The notes beneath the pieces are model-generated. The model saw only the letters and a program-made list of their open reading frames with translations, searched no databases and was not told where the DNA came from. Of a DNA stretch of 64,000 bases, positions 39,821-52,970 are shown piece after piece. The translations under genes and the position numbers were made by a program. Each line of letters opens with the position of its first letter. Position 1 is the stretch's first letter. The DNA is from Convolutriloba macropyga (Eukaryota). The DNA lies in contig NC_134475.1 of assembly GCF_964194025.1 (NCBI RefSeq), positions 11,470,001 to 11,534,000 of the forward strand. The letters run 5' to 3'.

Positions 39821-42800
39821 AAATCATTATCGAATGACTCAGTTGTGAAGAGCACAAAAATGGTTCAATAAAGTACACACAACTACCGTTCGAGTCCAAC
39901 GCCAGCAACTTTATATTTATTTTTGTGAGACGTTTCTTCCATTCATTAAATTGCAACAAAATTCTAACTTCTTGAAGAGTAGGAAAGTGGCGCAGTAGTT
40001 AACAAATAGTGGAAAAATTAACGGAAGAACTAACTTTATTTTTTCTCTCATCAGCGGTTCTCAGTTACCTCCAATATTCATATTATTCCTTTTCTCTCGG
40101 CTATTTAAAAAAACACTATATGAAAAGCATCATAATAATCAGACGTGATAAGAGTATTTGGCCAACCGCTCGCCTAATCGATTCGGGGCCAAGTACAACT
40201 CAGTCATCGTCAATTTCTGTCCATCTCGTTCCCTTCTCTCTATCTGTTCAGCCAGCCACTCGCCTAGTCAATTCGGGGTTGAACAGATCGCAGCTTTCAT
40301 TAATGTCTTTTTGCGTAAATAATAACCAACTGTTGCGCCTTCTTTTGATACTTTTCATTACTTCTCTCCTTACATTTTACTATTTTCTTAAACACTGTCA
40401 GATCAAAAACAAACAAAAACTTTCACTATTGTGCTGAGCGTGGTTTGATTTCAGTGGTTTTATGGTTTAGGTTAGCGTAGCACTTTTAACAATTTATCAG
40501 TTTTTTCAATTTTTGTTCATGGCTTTTTCAAGTCAGAAAAAACGCTTTTACTTATTAATTTTATCCCTCTCTTTAATAATCTTAACCGTTTCTGCCATCT
40601 CCTCAATCTTTTTCAACATCAAAGCAGGATCATCCAAAAACATAACCAGTGATCTAGTCCCCAGCCATAATGGCATCAGACGGAGAGTTAAAATAATTGA
40701 AAGAAAAGCAGAATTTTTGTGTATTGTACAAGACACTTAGCGCAGTCCCCTAATACAACATCAGAACTGGGCGCTTCTGTTCGAAACCTTCCAAATCAAT
40801 TTGCTGAGCTCTATTTTAACTTTGCGACGAATTGAACATTGAAAGAACGAAGCATTAAAACGAAAAACTTACAGCTATATAAGTCAACGTAGTGCAGTGA
40901 ACATTCACCAAGAAGAAACAGAGCTTCAACACGAGTGGTTTCGGGTCCCAAATACGCCCTTTGAACTTTTAAGATTTTACTATTCAATTTTTTCAATTAT
41001 TTTTTTGTTTCGTCATACTTACCCGAAGAAATTGTCTCAATCTTTAACACAATTTCCACGAGGCTAGCCGAGGAAAAGAGGCACTATAATTTTTAAACAT
41101 CAAGTTCAGCCAGCAGAAGTCCTCCACGGTTTTTGAAATGGCTGAGTGCATCCAAGGCAGAGGAAGTTTTTTTACTGCAGTTAGATAGAACAATCAGTTT
41201 TAACAAGATTTTCACAAACTCAATTTTATAAACTCAAACTCTTCTTACTGTGTATTTAACTTTTGTCGCCTCTGGTTGTACATAAATTGTATTGTATATA
41301 GGTGACGATTCAAAAAAAACCTCTCACACTTTTCAAAAAAAAATTTAAATCATAAGAAAATAAAATTCTTTTGATTATACTGAGGACATTTAAGTGATTT
41401 CTTTTTGAGGTTGAATAGTCTGCCCTTATATGAGAGAAAGTAAATAAAATACATCAGACTGATAAAAAAAGTATTTTGAAAAGATTAATAGCTACTTATT
41501 GTTGGTTTCCTAAACAATCAACAGAGGTTTTCAGGAGCATTTGATTTTTACCAGCAGACAACCATCATAAAATCGCTGACTTTTTAAATGTGCAAATCAG
41601 TGCTTTTTCATACAAAAACAAAATCCAACGGAATTCAAAATATAAGTGGAAATAATATCTGTAAAAATAATAACATCTAGTTATTTCTTCTTTTTTTCAG
41701 TCAAACAATATCAGAAAAATCGGAAATACAGTTGAATTACTATAGGTAATTACTGAGATAAATTACCTATAGAAAAAAATTAAACGTTCCATGAGGCGGT
41801 CAGATGAAAGAAAAAGAACAAAAAATCTCGGAAAGTGCTTTTGACGGACAATGACGGATAAAATTTGCTACAAACTCCCTAAAGATTTTCCTAAAAATGT
41901 TGAAGTCCTTGCCTGTATGCTCATATCTAGCTCAATTAATAACTCGTTTGTTTTAGTTAACTGGAAAGATTCCCAAATTAAAAGGATAAAAAAGGAAAAC
42001 AAAGACCAATCGAAGGCTGAAAACTACCGACCCATTAGTCTTACAAATTGTTTAGCCAAAATATGTAAAACTGTTGTAAAAAACATTGTTATGGAACATT
42101 GTGAAAGTCAAAATACATTCGGCGAGACTCAGAGCGCTTACATGAAACACCACCGCACCACAGACAACCCGTCACACAACACGTCAGTGAAGCCCTCCAG
42201 TGCTCCGAAATGGTTGGTTTTGTATGCTTGGATGTCGATAAAGCGTTTGATTCTGTATGGCGCCTAGGACTCGTTCACAAGCTAAATTCGATTGGGCTAA
42301 ATAATTCAGTTATAAGGTGGATAAATTCTTTTTTATCGCAAAGGAACTTTGTTGTGAAGATAAATTCTACTGTCAGTGATAGTTTCAATCCGTCAGTTGG
42401 AGTACCTCAAAAGAGCGTAATTGCTCCAATCCTCGTTCTCATATACGTTAGACGTTTGCCTAAAATAGAAGCCCAGATCTCACAGTTCACTGATGACTTT
42501 GCACATTACTATAGGTCGCGCTCCCCCAAATTAATTCAAAAACATCTACAATCATCGCTGAACAGCCTAATTGATTGGTGTTACTCACTGAAATTTAAAT
42601 TAAATCCAAACAAAACTCATTACCTGATATTTAAAAACCCGTCAAAAGAAAAAATTTCCTCTTGAACTCCACATAAAATGAGTATTAATTCAGAAGACAC
42701 AATCGATAAAACTCCTTGGCATCACTTTCACTCCACACCTCAAGTTGAGTGAACATTGCAAAGATCTAGTACGAAGAACGAACAGCAGGCAATTTCAACT

Positions 42801-45376
42801 CTGGAAGCTTAGTAATCTAAACGTTAATGAAAAAAGTCTAATTTTGGTCTACATATCTTGGGTCCGACCTCTTTTTTTTTGTACTCAAATGCTTTTTGGC
42901 TGGATCATTCACATTCCCTTATCAATAATATATAAAACATGCAAAACCGAGCTCTACGAATTGGCCTTTGAAAACCAAGATGGTACCAGCTACAGAAACT
43001 CCACGAAGAGGCAAACATGAAGTCAGTGAGAGAAATGCAAATTAAATTGGACAACGGGTATATTCAAAGATAGGTAAAATACAACATACTCTTTGTATTA
43101 GAATTGATAATTAAGGAACGACAGCGCCCGCTCAACTCCTGCAAAAGCACTCTTGACCATCTCCAATACTAAATCTTCTAGCCGCATACACCAAAGAGTA
43201 GTGGTTAAAATGACTGCCTATAATTGTGATCAACTATACAAAATGAGGATCAATCCCAGTTCATTCGCTGAAATTCAATATCAATGATCATAGTCGATCA
43301 AACAACAGAAATGTGCTCGAAGACAGAAGAAATGCAAGAACTGAGAGCACAAAAAGGAAAATAGGGAAAAACGGAAAAATCCAAGCACAACAACAAACTG
43401 AAAAACAGAGAGACAGACAGTGCGAAGGAAACACAGGCAGCCAAATAAACAAAAATCATTATCGAATGACTCAGTTGTGAAGAGCACAAAAATGGTTCAA
43501 TAAAGTACACACAACTACCGTTCGAGTCCAACGCCAGCAACTTTATATTTATTTTTGTGAGACGTTTCTTCCATTCATTAAATTGCAACAAAATTCTAAC
43601 TTCTTGAAGAGTAGGAAAGTGGCGCAGTAGTTAACAAATAGTGGAAAATTTAACGGAAGAACGAACTTTATTTTTTCTCTCATCAGCGGTTCTCAGTTAC
43701 CTCCAATATTCATATTATTCCTTTTCTCTCGGCTATTTAAAAAAAACACTATATGAAAAGCATCATAATAATCAGACGTGATAAGAGTATTTGGCCAGCC
43801 GCTCGCCTAATCGATTCGGGGCCAAGTACAACTCAGTCATCGTCAATTTCTGTCCATCTCATTCCCTTCTCTCTATCTGTTCAGCCAGCCACTCGCCTAG
43901 TCAATTCGGGGTTGAACAGATCGCAGCTTTCATTAATGTCTTTTTGCGTAAATAATAACCAACTGTTGCGCCTTCTTTTGATACTTTTCATTACTTCTCT
44001 CCTTACATTTTACTATTTTCTTAAACACTGTCAGATCAAAAACAAACAAAAACTTTCACTATTGTGCTGAGCGTGGTTTGATTTCAGTGGTTTTATGGTT
44101 TAGGTTAGCGTAGCACTTTTAACAATTTATCAGTTTTTTCAATTTTTGTTCATGGCTTTTTCAAGTCAGAAAAAACGCTTTTACTTATTAATTTTATCCC
44201 TCTCTTTAATAATCTTAACCGTTTCTGCCATCTCCTCAATCTTTTTCAACATCAAAGCAGGATCATCCAAAAACATAACCAGTGATCTAGTCCCCAGCCA
44301 TAATGGCATCAGACGGAGAGTTAAAATAATTGAAAGAAAAGCAGAATTTTTGTGTATTTTACAAGACACTTAGCGCAGTCCCCTAATACAACATCAGAAC
44401 TGGGCGCTTCTATTCGAAACCTTCCAAATCAATTTGCCGAGCTCTATTTTAACTTTGCGACGAATTGAACATTGAAAGAACGAAGCATTAAAACGAAAAA
44501 CTTACAGCTATATAAGTAAACTTAGTGCAGTGAACATTCACCAAGAAGAAACAGAGCTTCAACACGAGTGGTTTCGGGTCCCAAATACGCCCTTTGAACT
44601 TTTAAGATTTTACTATTCAATTTTTTCAATTATTTTTTTGTTTCGTCATACTTACCCGAAGAAATTGTCTCAATCTTTACCACAATTTCCACGAGGCTAG
44701 CCGAGGAAAAGAGGCATTATAATTTTTAAACATCAAGTTCAGCCAGCAGAAGTCCTCCACGGTTTTTGAAATGGCTGAGTGCATCCAAGGCAGAGGAAGT
44801 TTTTTTACTGCAGTTAGATAGAACAATCAGTTTTAACAAGATTTTCACAAACTCAATTTTATAAACTCAAACTCTTCTTACTGTGTATTTAACTTTTGTC
44901 GCCTCTGGTTGTACATAAATTGTATTGTATATAGGTGACGATTCAAAAAAAACCTCTCACGCTTTTCGAAAAAAAAAATTAAATTATAAGAAAATAAAAT
45001 TCTTTTGATTATACTGAGGACATTTAAGTGATTTCTTTTTGAGGTTGAATAGTCTGCCCTTATATGAGAGAAAGTAAATAAAATACATCAGACTGATAAA
45101 AAAAGTATTTTGAAAAGATTAATAGCTACTTATTGTTGGTTTCCTAAACAATCAACAGAGGTTTTCAGGAGCATTTGATTTTTACCAGCAGACAACCATC
45201 ATAAAATCGCTGACTTTTTAAATGTGCAAATCAGTGCTTTTTCATACAAAAACAAAATCCAACGGAATTCAAAATATAAGTGGAAATAATATCTGTAAAA
45301 ATAATAACATCTAGTTATTTCTTCTTTTTTTCAGTCAAACAATATCAGAAAAATCGGAAATACAGTTGAATTACTA
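38113..45376 (+). repeat. ~3.63-kb near-identical tandem duplication (LINE RT half plus downstream flank)
   Basis: 38113-41742 matches 41755-45376 with scattered SNPs and indels; 12-nt junction insert. Confidence 0.95.
41755..43460 (+). mobile_element. Duplicated 3' half of the Jockey/I-group LINE
   Basis: ORFs 41851-42267, 42210-42665 and 42745-43020 mirror 38209-38625, 38568-39023 and 39103-39378, with the same frameshifts. Confidence 0.9.
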
Positions 45377-47607
45377 AAAAAAAGAAAAAAAAAAACGATT
45401 TAATTCTCTCTAACTCTTGAGATTGAGACCCTTAACCTATCAATACAATAGTTTTCACCTTGGACTTGGAATGCACCAGACTCTGATAGACGGTACAAGG
45501 CAAAGACAAAAATAATTTGTAGTTCTTCGGAAAATTCAAGTAATTTCTTGATTCAAACAAAATTTGCACTATTGTTTCCTATCAAGTGTTTATCAAGTAT
45601 TTTATCAAGTGCACCAAATGCATCCCAAAGTTATTTTTTTGTTTGATGCTTGCAAACCTGAATATAATTTAAAGCCATTCAAGTTCTCAAAACAAAATTA
45701 TTAGGTATAGTTATGCCAAGAGGCCTTGCTTATGATGCTTATTGGTCATATATTTCTGCTCAGCTCTATTTTATATATCAGTCAGAAATTGATTGTTAAG
45801 ATCTACATCAACATTTTCGGCAAAATAAATTATACCTCTGATAACCACAAAGCAAATAATTTGGGCTAGAAAGGAAATTAAAGAAAGGAAAATGTACAAT
45901 TTTAAAACCTAATCCGGTTTAAAAGCAGTTCGTGTTTCATGTAATTTATATATTTTTTTAAAAGCAAAAACACTTTGATCTCCTTTCGCTTTTTTTTCAG
46001 TTTAAAAGTCAAGCAAGTAAAAGTCTTAAGATACATGGGCAAAAAGTCAGCTCGGAATTTTTTTTTCAGATGTCAATAAATACTTGTGTTGGTATTTTTA
46101 TGAGTCGGTACTTCATTTTTGTCGTAAGATTTTTACTGTTTGATGACTCTCATATTCGCAAATTTATTCACTCAACAAAACTACTGATTCTTATTGCCTT
46201 AAAATCAGTGTGAAAAATGACGAAATAATTAAAAGTAAAATGTTGCCGTTATTGAGGTGTTGCAACGTTTACTTTACCAAAAACAAGTTCACCATTTTTT
46301 CTCTGCGATGTAATAGGTTCGACAAAATTGTCACCGTCTCATTTTAAAAAACTCGAAATAGGCCCGAAAAACATTGTTAGAAAAGCAAATGCCTGTGTCT
46401 TTCGATGATTTTTTATTTTGTCTTCATAAAAACATCTGTGCTCTTTTTTTTCTTTTTCGCCTGTTTTAGGTCAAATTTCTTCCAAAAAAATGCAAGCGAG
46501 CCTCCTTTTTAAACCAGTTTCCAGGAATTGAACAAATGAGAATTTTGCGTTTTTCAGAACAATTGGATCCGTGAATGTCTTTAATGTCTCCTTAATTCAA
46601 TTCTTTTTTAGTTTACTGGAGAACGCTCTCCACTTCATAGGAAAAGATTGGGTTGGTCAAGTTTGGCTCCGTTTTCTTAAATGTTCAAATTTTTCTTATT
46701 TTCCATTTTTCTGTTTGAATTTGTTTGAACCAGTTTAAAAAGCAAAAAAGTCTTCCAAAAATGCATTTGAAAGTCTAATTCTCTTTTTTTTTTGTAACTC
46801 TTTTTCATGTAACCTTTACTATTTAAAACTGCTTAAAAATTAACTGAAATATCAAATACAAATTTAGATGATTTTAAGTTAAATTTCGCATTTTTCAAAA
46901 ACGTACATATCTGTTTTTTTGTGAAATATAAATTGTTGGATTTGTGATGATTTTTTTTAAAGTAAACTTCAATGAACAAGAGAACATGATACTAAAAGTT
47001 ATTTGTAGGTTTAGGCAGCTTTCAGTCCTTCTTATCTTTTTGGAAAAAAAACTGATGCTTCATTTTTTAACTAAAATTTATGTTTGCTCTTGCAGATAAA
47101 GAACAATGCAAGTGAAGTCGGACTTAATAATGTTTTCAAATATGGCATTGTAAATTCAAAATTGCCCTATTTCAGCTATTGATAAATCGCGACTTCTTCG
47201 CCAGTCCTTTTATCTTCCATCAATTTCCTTTGGTGTTTTCCTTCAATTTAATTTTTTCTCAATTAGAAATTTTTTAAATTTCAAAATGAAATTAAATGCA
47301 GCAGCTAATGATAACGCGTTGTTTTTTGATGAAGCAAAAAACTTTTAAAAATTGACCCAAGGATAAAGATTCCTATTTTTCGAGAAATATCTGCCACTTG
47401 TTTGGTGTTTTAATTCATTTTCAAAAGCGGAATTTTATTGTTTTCAAGGCGCCATCAGAATATCCCCATCATCGAAAACAAAAAAGTTCAGATTTGTGAA
47501 TATTTCCTCTGATGGTCTGAATCCCAATCCGAATGATACAAAATCAAATTGCTGCTTTGGAAGAGTAAACATTGAAATCTTTTCAAGATCTTTTGCAATT
47601 TTTAATT

Positions 47608-48147
47608 CGGTTAGAGCGGAAAATTTTGGACGGTTAGAGACGGAAAATTTGGTTAGAGACGGAAAATTTTGGACGGTCAGAGACCAAAAATTTGGTTAGA
47701 GACGGAAAAATTTGGATGGTTAGAGAAGTAAAATGTTGGACGGTTGGAGACGGAAAATTTTGGACGGTTAGAGACGGAAAATTTGGATAGAGACGGAAAA
47801 TTTTGGACGGTTAGAGACGGAAAATTTGGTTAGAGACGGAAAATTTTGGACGGTTAGAGACGGAAAATTTTGGACAGTTAGAGACGAAAAATTTTGTTAC
47901 AGACGGAAAATTTTGGACGGTTAGAGACGGAAAATTTGGTTAGAGACGGAAAATTTTGGACGGTTAGAGACGGAAAATTTTGTTAGAGACGGAAGATTTT
48001 GGACGGTTAGAGACGAAAAATTTGGTTAGAGACGGAAAATTTTGGACGGTTAGAGACGGAAAATGTTGGACGGTTAGAGACGGAAAATTTTGGACGGTTA
48101 GAGACGGAAAATTTTGTTAGAGAATGAAAATTTTGGACTTGTTAGAG
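47608..48147. repeat. Minisatellite of 24-bp and 19-bp units
   Basis: CGGTTAGAGACGGAAAATTTTGGA (24) interspersed with GGTTAGAGACGGAAAATTT (19). Confidence 0.95.
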
Positions 48148-48556
48148 CAGATAACTACAAAACAAATGCTCGGTTAGAGTTTAAAATGTCTAAATTCTAC
48201 AAAAATGCTACCATCTTTGTTTATGTTCAATATGGATTGAGGGAAAGGAGCAAATGATATTTGTCACAGGACAGCATGCATCTCTGATGAGAACCCCCTT
48301 TATGTACAGAAGGTGAGGAAAACCCTACTTTTTAATACTTATTACATTTATATGATAGTGCAGTTTCCCATGGGAATAACTTGAACTATGAGATTTTTTG
48401 ATAACTTTTTCTTGCAAATTTGATGAATAATTAATTTGTGCCAGATGCATTCAAATTTATCAAAATTTTTTCTTCAACTTGCTTAGATATCCTTAAAAAC
48501 TATTAAGAAACCCTCATATTTGATCTGAGTTTAAGCGCATCCGAGTTCCTTTAGCT

Positions 48557-48901
48557 TCAAAGTTTTATGGGCCGAGCAAACTCTTCAAACATATCACCGT
48601 TAAATTTTAAAGTTGTTTTCCGAATTTCAGTCAGCAGTTTATATCTAATCAAGTCAGGAAGACTATTTGTAGTAACCTTTTTAAGCATGCAGATGGAATC
48701 GTCCAATTTGGAGTAATCAATTTCATCAATTGCAACCATCTGCTCCATTTTTGAGACTGTGCCTGATTTTGTCTTTTCAGAGGAAAAATTCTGGTAAAAT
48801 TCTGAGAATAAATAAAACCTAACAGCAATAAATAAAGTTATAAGGGAGTATAAATAGTATTTTGTTTTCGAATTTTTGGGTTTTATCGACTTTTTAGCCA
48901 T
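48557..48901 (-). pseudogene. N-terminal fragment of an unidentified, probably decayed gene (basic N-terminus plus signal-anchor-like segment)
   Basis: MAKKSIKPKNSKTKYYLYSLITLFIAVRFYLF; 114 codons, then protein-like but stop-interrupted sequence. Confidence 0.3.
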
Positions 48902-50689
48902 TTTAAGTAAAACTAAATAATATATTTTTTTGGTAATTTTAATACTTTCGTTCTTTAATTAGTAGTTTGTCCAGATTTAGCATTTGGTTATAATAAGTAT
49001 AGACAACACGAATAAGAAAAATTTCTTGTACATATAAGTTTATGAACACAATAATGCTTACTGCTTTTAGAATAATAAATATTTGAACTTACACCCTTCA
49101 ATATGTTTAACTGAATGCAGAATAATTTTCGTGCTGTTGTTTGTTCAAGCTGGCCGGAGCAGAAATACAGGTATACATTTTCATAAGAACAGAATCTTTG
49201 TAACGATTGTCAACTTTGACTTGAGCTCTGACTGGCCGCATTGAACTAAACATCAGCCAGCATAATACATGCGTTTACAGTCTTTTCAAACTCTTTCTAT
49301 TTATTTCTCTAGCCAATATTTCTCTTTCTAATTAAGCACGGTATAGCTCAAATACCACGACCATAAATGAATAAACGTTGAGCGGTCGGTGACGTTTACC
49401 TCGCTTGAATGTTATTTAAGCAAAATGCACTGATTGAAAAATGTAGTTTTTTTTATCTGTTCGAATGATACAGTGTTTGAATAACTGGCAATATATTAAA
49501 ATTTACCGCTTTTGCAGGCTTATAGAATCACCTGAATTTTTCACTGTACTATAATGAAAAAAGTGCACTGATAAAATCATTGAGAGAATCTATTTGCATA
49601 ATTTAAGTTATCCTTCAAATATACTTTCAACATCTCTTGTGATTTAAATTGAGCCAGCATTTTTATTATTTATGCATTCCTGATTGCAGAATACATTTGG
49701 ATTGCATAATTTGGATTATTTGAAGCTTATTAAGTTGCAGCGAGCTGAGGTAAATTATTTGTTCCTTCTTGACTTGGAAAAATGGTGGTGTCATTTTGAA
49801 AAAAAAACATTCTATTTTTGAGGATGCCAATTAAATCGTTTTCGTTGGAAAGCATATTGGATGTTATAAATTGTCCCCAGAAATACACAATGGTATTTTC
49901 AATAATTAATTGCCGTTTCTTTGTTTGTTTGTTTGGTAGACAATCAAATTATTCATACTAAAAGGGGACTCTAGTGTGAGTATGCGTGTGAATGAAAAAT
50001 TTCGGGAGTCTCATGTTTGATAAGTGCCAATGAACAAAATTAACTTCCGAAAACTCAACAATTGTAAGCAATTTTTTGAATACCAAAAACCATAATAATA
50101 ATCGTTTGAAATTTTTGGAAAAGAGATCTTTAAAAAAATGATCAGCAGTGACAAGATAGCAACTGATAAGACCTGATAATGGCTACGTGTAAGAAAATCA
50201 GAATACTTAGTAAAACCTACAGCTATTTATTCGAAAATCACTTCAGCGAGTATGTTACAAGAGTCGGCGTGTAATTGCGCTATTAGAAAAATTGGACCGC
50301 TTCTCAATCGTTTGGATCTTGTGCGCATCTGATATTTTGCAGAGCTACCTATGATCTGTCACTCGAAGGTTTTTGAAGGATAAAAATGATAATATCAACT
50401 TAAACGTTTGATTGAAAAATTAGTTCAACTTGAACATCAACGCCAGCCATTTATTGTTCCGACCCCTCGTGAGGAGGGAAGAACTATATACTCAAATGGG
50501 TTTTTTTTTGTTCAGACAACTTTCGCCGATTGATATAATTATCGTAGATTTGAGACTGCTATCATTAGAAAGCATTTTCGTTTTTTGCAGGGAGTTATCG
50601 AGGTTTAAACTTCTGAAAAAAATAGATTGAATTACGTTGCTTTTATTAACATTTTCCGGAATTTCTGCTGAAATTTTTGTCATTTTTGT

Positions 50690-52970
50690 TAAAATGTGTT
50701 ATAATTTTTTAAGATTAGTGTTGTTGATTTAATTTTTAGAGACAAAAAATTTTGTTGATTATTTTGATTTACTTTTCTTGTTAAAAATTCCGGCTAAATA
50801 TTTCAAAATTCAGCCTTCTTCATCAAAAACAGCATGTAATAAGCTTCTTTAGTCCACTTTATTTAAATTTGCTGGCAGTACACCCCCAAAAAACACTAAC
50901 ACAATCTTGGTAGACTCAAAAGGGGGCTATTCCTACTTCAACTTATGCTGAGAGTGCTCTTTAATTAAAACCCTGTGGTTTTTTGCTAATTTTACTCGTC
51001 AGTTATCAAAAACACCGAATTTCTTTTTTGAGTTTTTAACTAACAAATCATCGATATCTATAACAATCGAAAAAATAAGTGTTCTTAATGGAAGATAAGC
51101 ATTAGCAGGGCTAGTTTTGGACCGATCTTGGACTCTTAAAATTCTAAAAAAAAATTCAGATTGTAATTAATCGGTGTTTTTTTTTAAAAAAATGATCTTT
51201 TTTATTAATTAGAGAACAGAACATAACAAATCGCAGCTCAGGAGTAATAGGTCCAATTGGCCTCCTAAACAGCTGCAAGCTAATGCATTTAGTTTTTTAC
51301 TTGAAAGCTTATGGTTGTTTTAACTTTTAAAAATAATTGATTTTTGAAAAACATTGGCTTAATGAACATTTCCTCTATTTTTTTACTGAATTTGGTCAAC
51401 TTGTAGCTTAGTGTCAGCAAAGAATCAATGCTTCTTCTTTCTGCTGATGTGAAATGTTATCTCTAGTGCGGTTTAAGCCTTAAGTTATTTTCTAGTTTTA
51501 TCACATTATCACATTATTGACAGCTCTCATATCAAACTATTGGCGTTCAAAAATAGGCGCCATTGAACATATTAAAATCTTGAATGATATAGGTTATCGT
51601 TATAACGGCTTCGACACTTCTTTCTTGAAGAAATTAATTGAATTTTTTAATTTTGTCTTTAACTGTCGTTTTTACTTTGTCGTTTTAGTCGAATGAAATT
51701 TCCTAAATAATGACAAGTTTCACTGGCCATTCGTGGAAAAAAATTAATGAGCCGATTTTCTGATATTAGTAGATAGCTGATGGCTTTCACGACTTTGAAA
51801 ACAATTGTTTTCCAAAACAAAGAACAACTTTTTAACTTCGCAATTTTTTTTGTCTTTTTGTTACCTAGACCAGCTAATTAGAGATCAAACATGACATTAT
51901 TGGTGTCAAAGGAAGGTGTCAAAACGGATTGCTGTCACAAAAAATAATCTTTTTGAAGAACTCATTATGACCTTACTGGCTTCGACACGTTTTTCACAAA
52001 AAAAATTGATTTTTGTCTTATTTTACGTTCTTTTGTTTACGCAAAGCATATTCTGAACTTCTGCAGGTCTCAAGGGCTTCCTTTGGACGATTAAACGAAC
52101 CTATTTTATCAATTCATTTTGTAATTAATGGCTTTCATGACTTTGGAAATAATTTTATTTCGAAAAAAAATCAAAAGTATTACTTACTTTTGCCTTTTTC
52201 TTCTTTTTTGTCTACTTTTTACCAAATCTCGTTAATAAAAGGCCACATAATACATTATTGACGTTTGAAAAAAGCGCAATTGAACATATTTTCAGGGCAA
52301 AGATATTGCTTTAGGGCTTCGACAGCGTTTTCTGGCAAATTTTAATTGAATTTTTGTTTGTTGTCTTTTTTGTTAATCTTTTTTATTTGCTTAAAAATGA
52401 TTGAAGACAGGTCTGAATGCCCTTCTACAGAAACATTTATTATCGCAGGCCTATGGGATGTTTTAGTTTATTTCTAATGGCTTTCATTACTTTGAAAATA
52501 ATTGTTTTTAAAAAAAGTTTGTGAATTTTTTAACTATACTGTTTTTTTTTCTGTCTAACTGTTACTAAGCCTCATCAGGGACTGGTCCCATAACATTTCT
52601 GGGGAATTACAAGTTTTTTTTGTTTCGTTTCAATTTTATCTGACGCTACGTTAACTTTCTTATTAAGTTTTATTTTTTAAAATGGACAAAAAGTTTTTGA
52701 TGTAATTAATGTGTGTTGTTGTTGTTCGATTTTGCTGTTCGTCTTAACTCGCTTTCCTAATATTGGCATATCTCATGAAACTAGTGCATCAATTTTTACT
52801 CCACTGAGTTGTTTGCTTTGGAGGCTATCTTTCGTTCATAAACTTTTTTATTGAAAAATACATGTTTTTTTAAGGTTTTTTGGGATTCTAAAAAATAATT
52901 TCTGGGTTTTTCCATCTGTTCCTCATTTGGTAGACAACTATGCCAAAATTGTGGATGAGCGGGGTCGGAA
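50690..52970 (-). repeat. Diverged inverted partial copy of the 6.5-13.7 kb repeat family
   Basis: GGTCAACTTGTAGCTTAGTGTCAG (~51394) is the reverse complement of ~9325; TCTGTTCCTCATTTGGTA (~52915) of ~7945; TGGCGTTCAAAATAGG (51541) of ~9120. Confidence 0.8.

Noticed and set aside
39639-44373. Short hydrophobic ORFs (e.g. 39639-39959, 40009-40437, 40513-40740 and their duplicates)
   Set aside because: Low-complexity or antisense readings of A-rich LINE 3' UTR and flank; recurrence is explained by the duplication.
46320-46345. GDN motif suggesting a mononegaviral L polymerase
   Set aside because: Context DGDNFVEP lacks the GDNQ pattern and other polymerase motifs.
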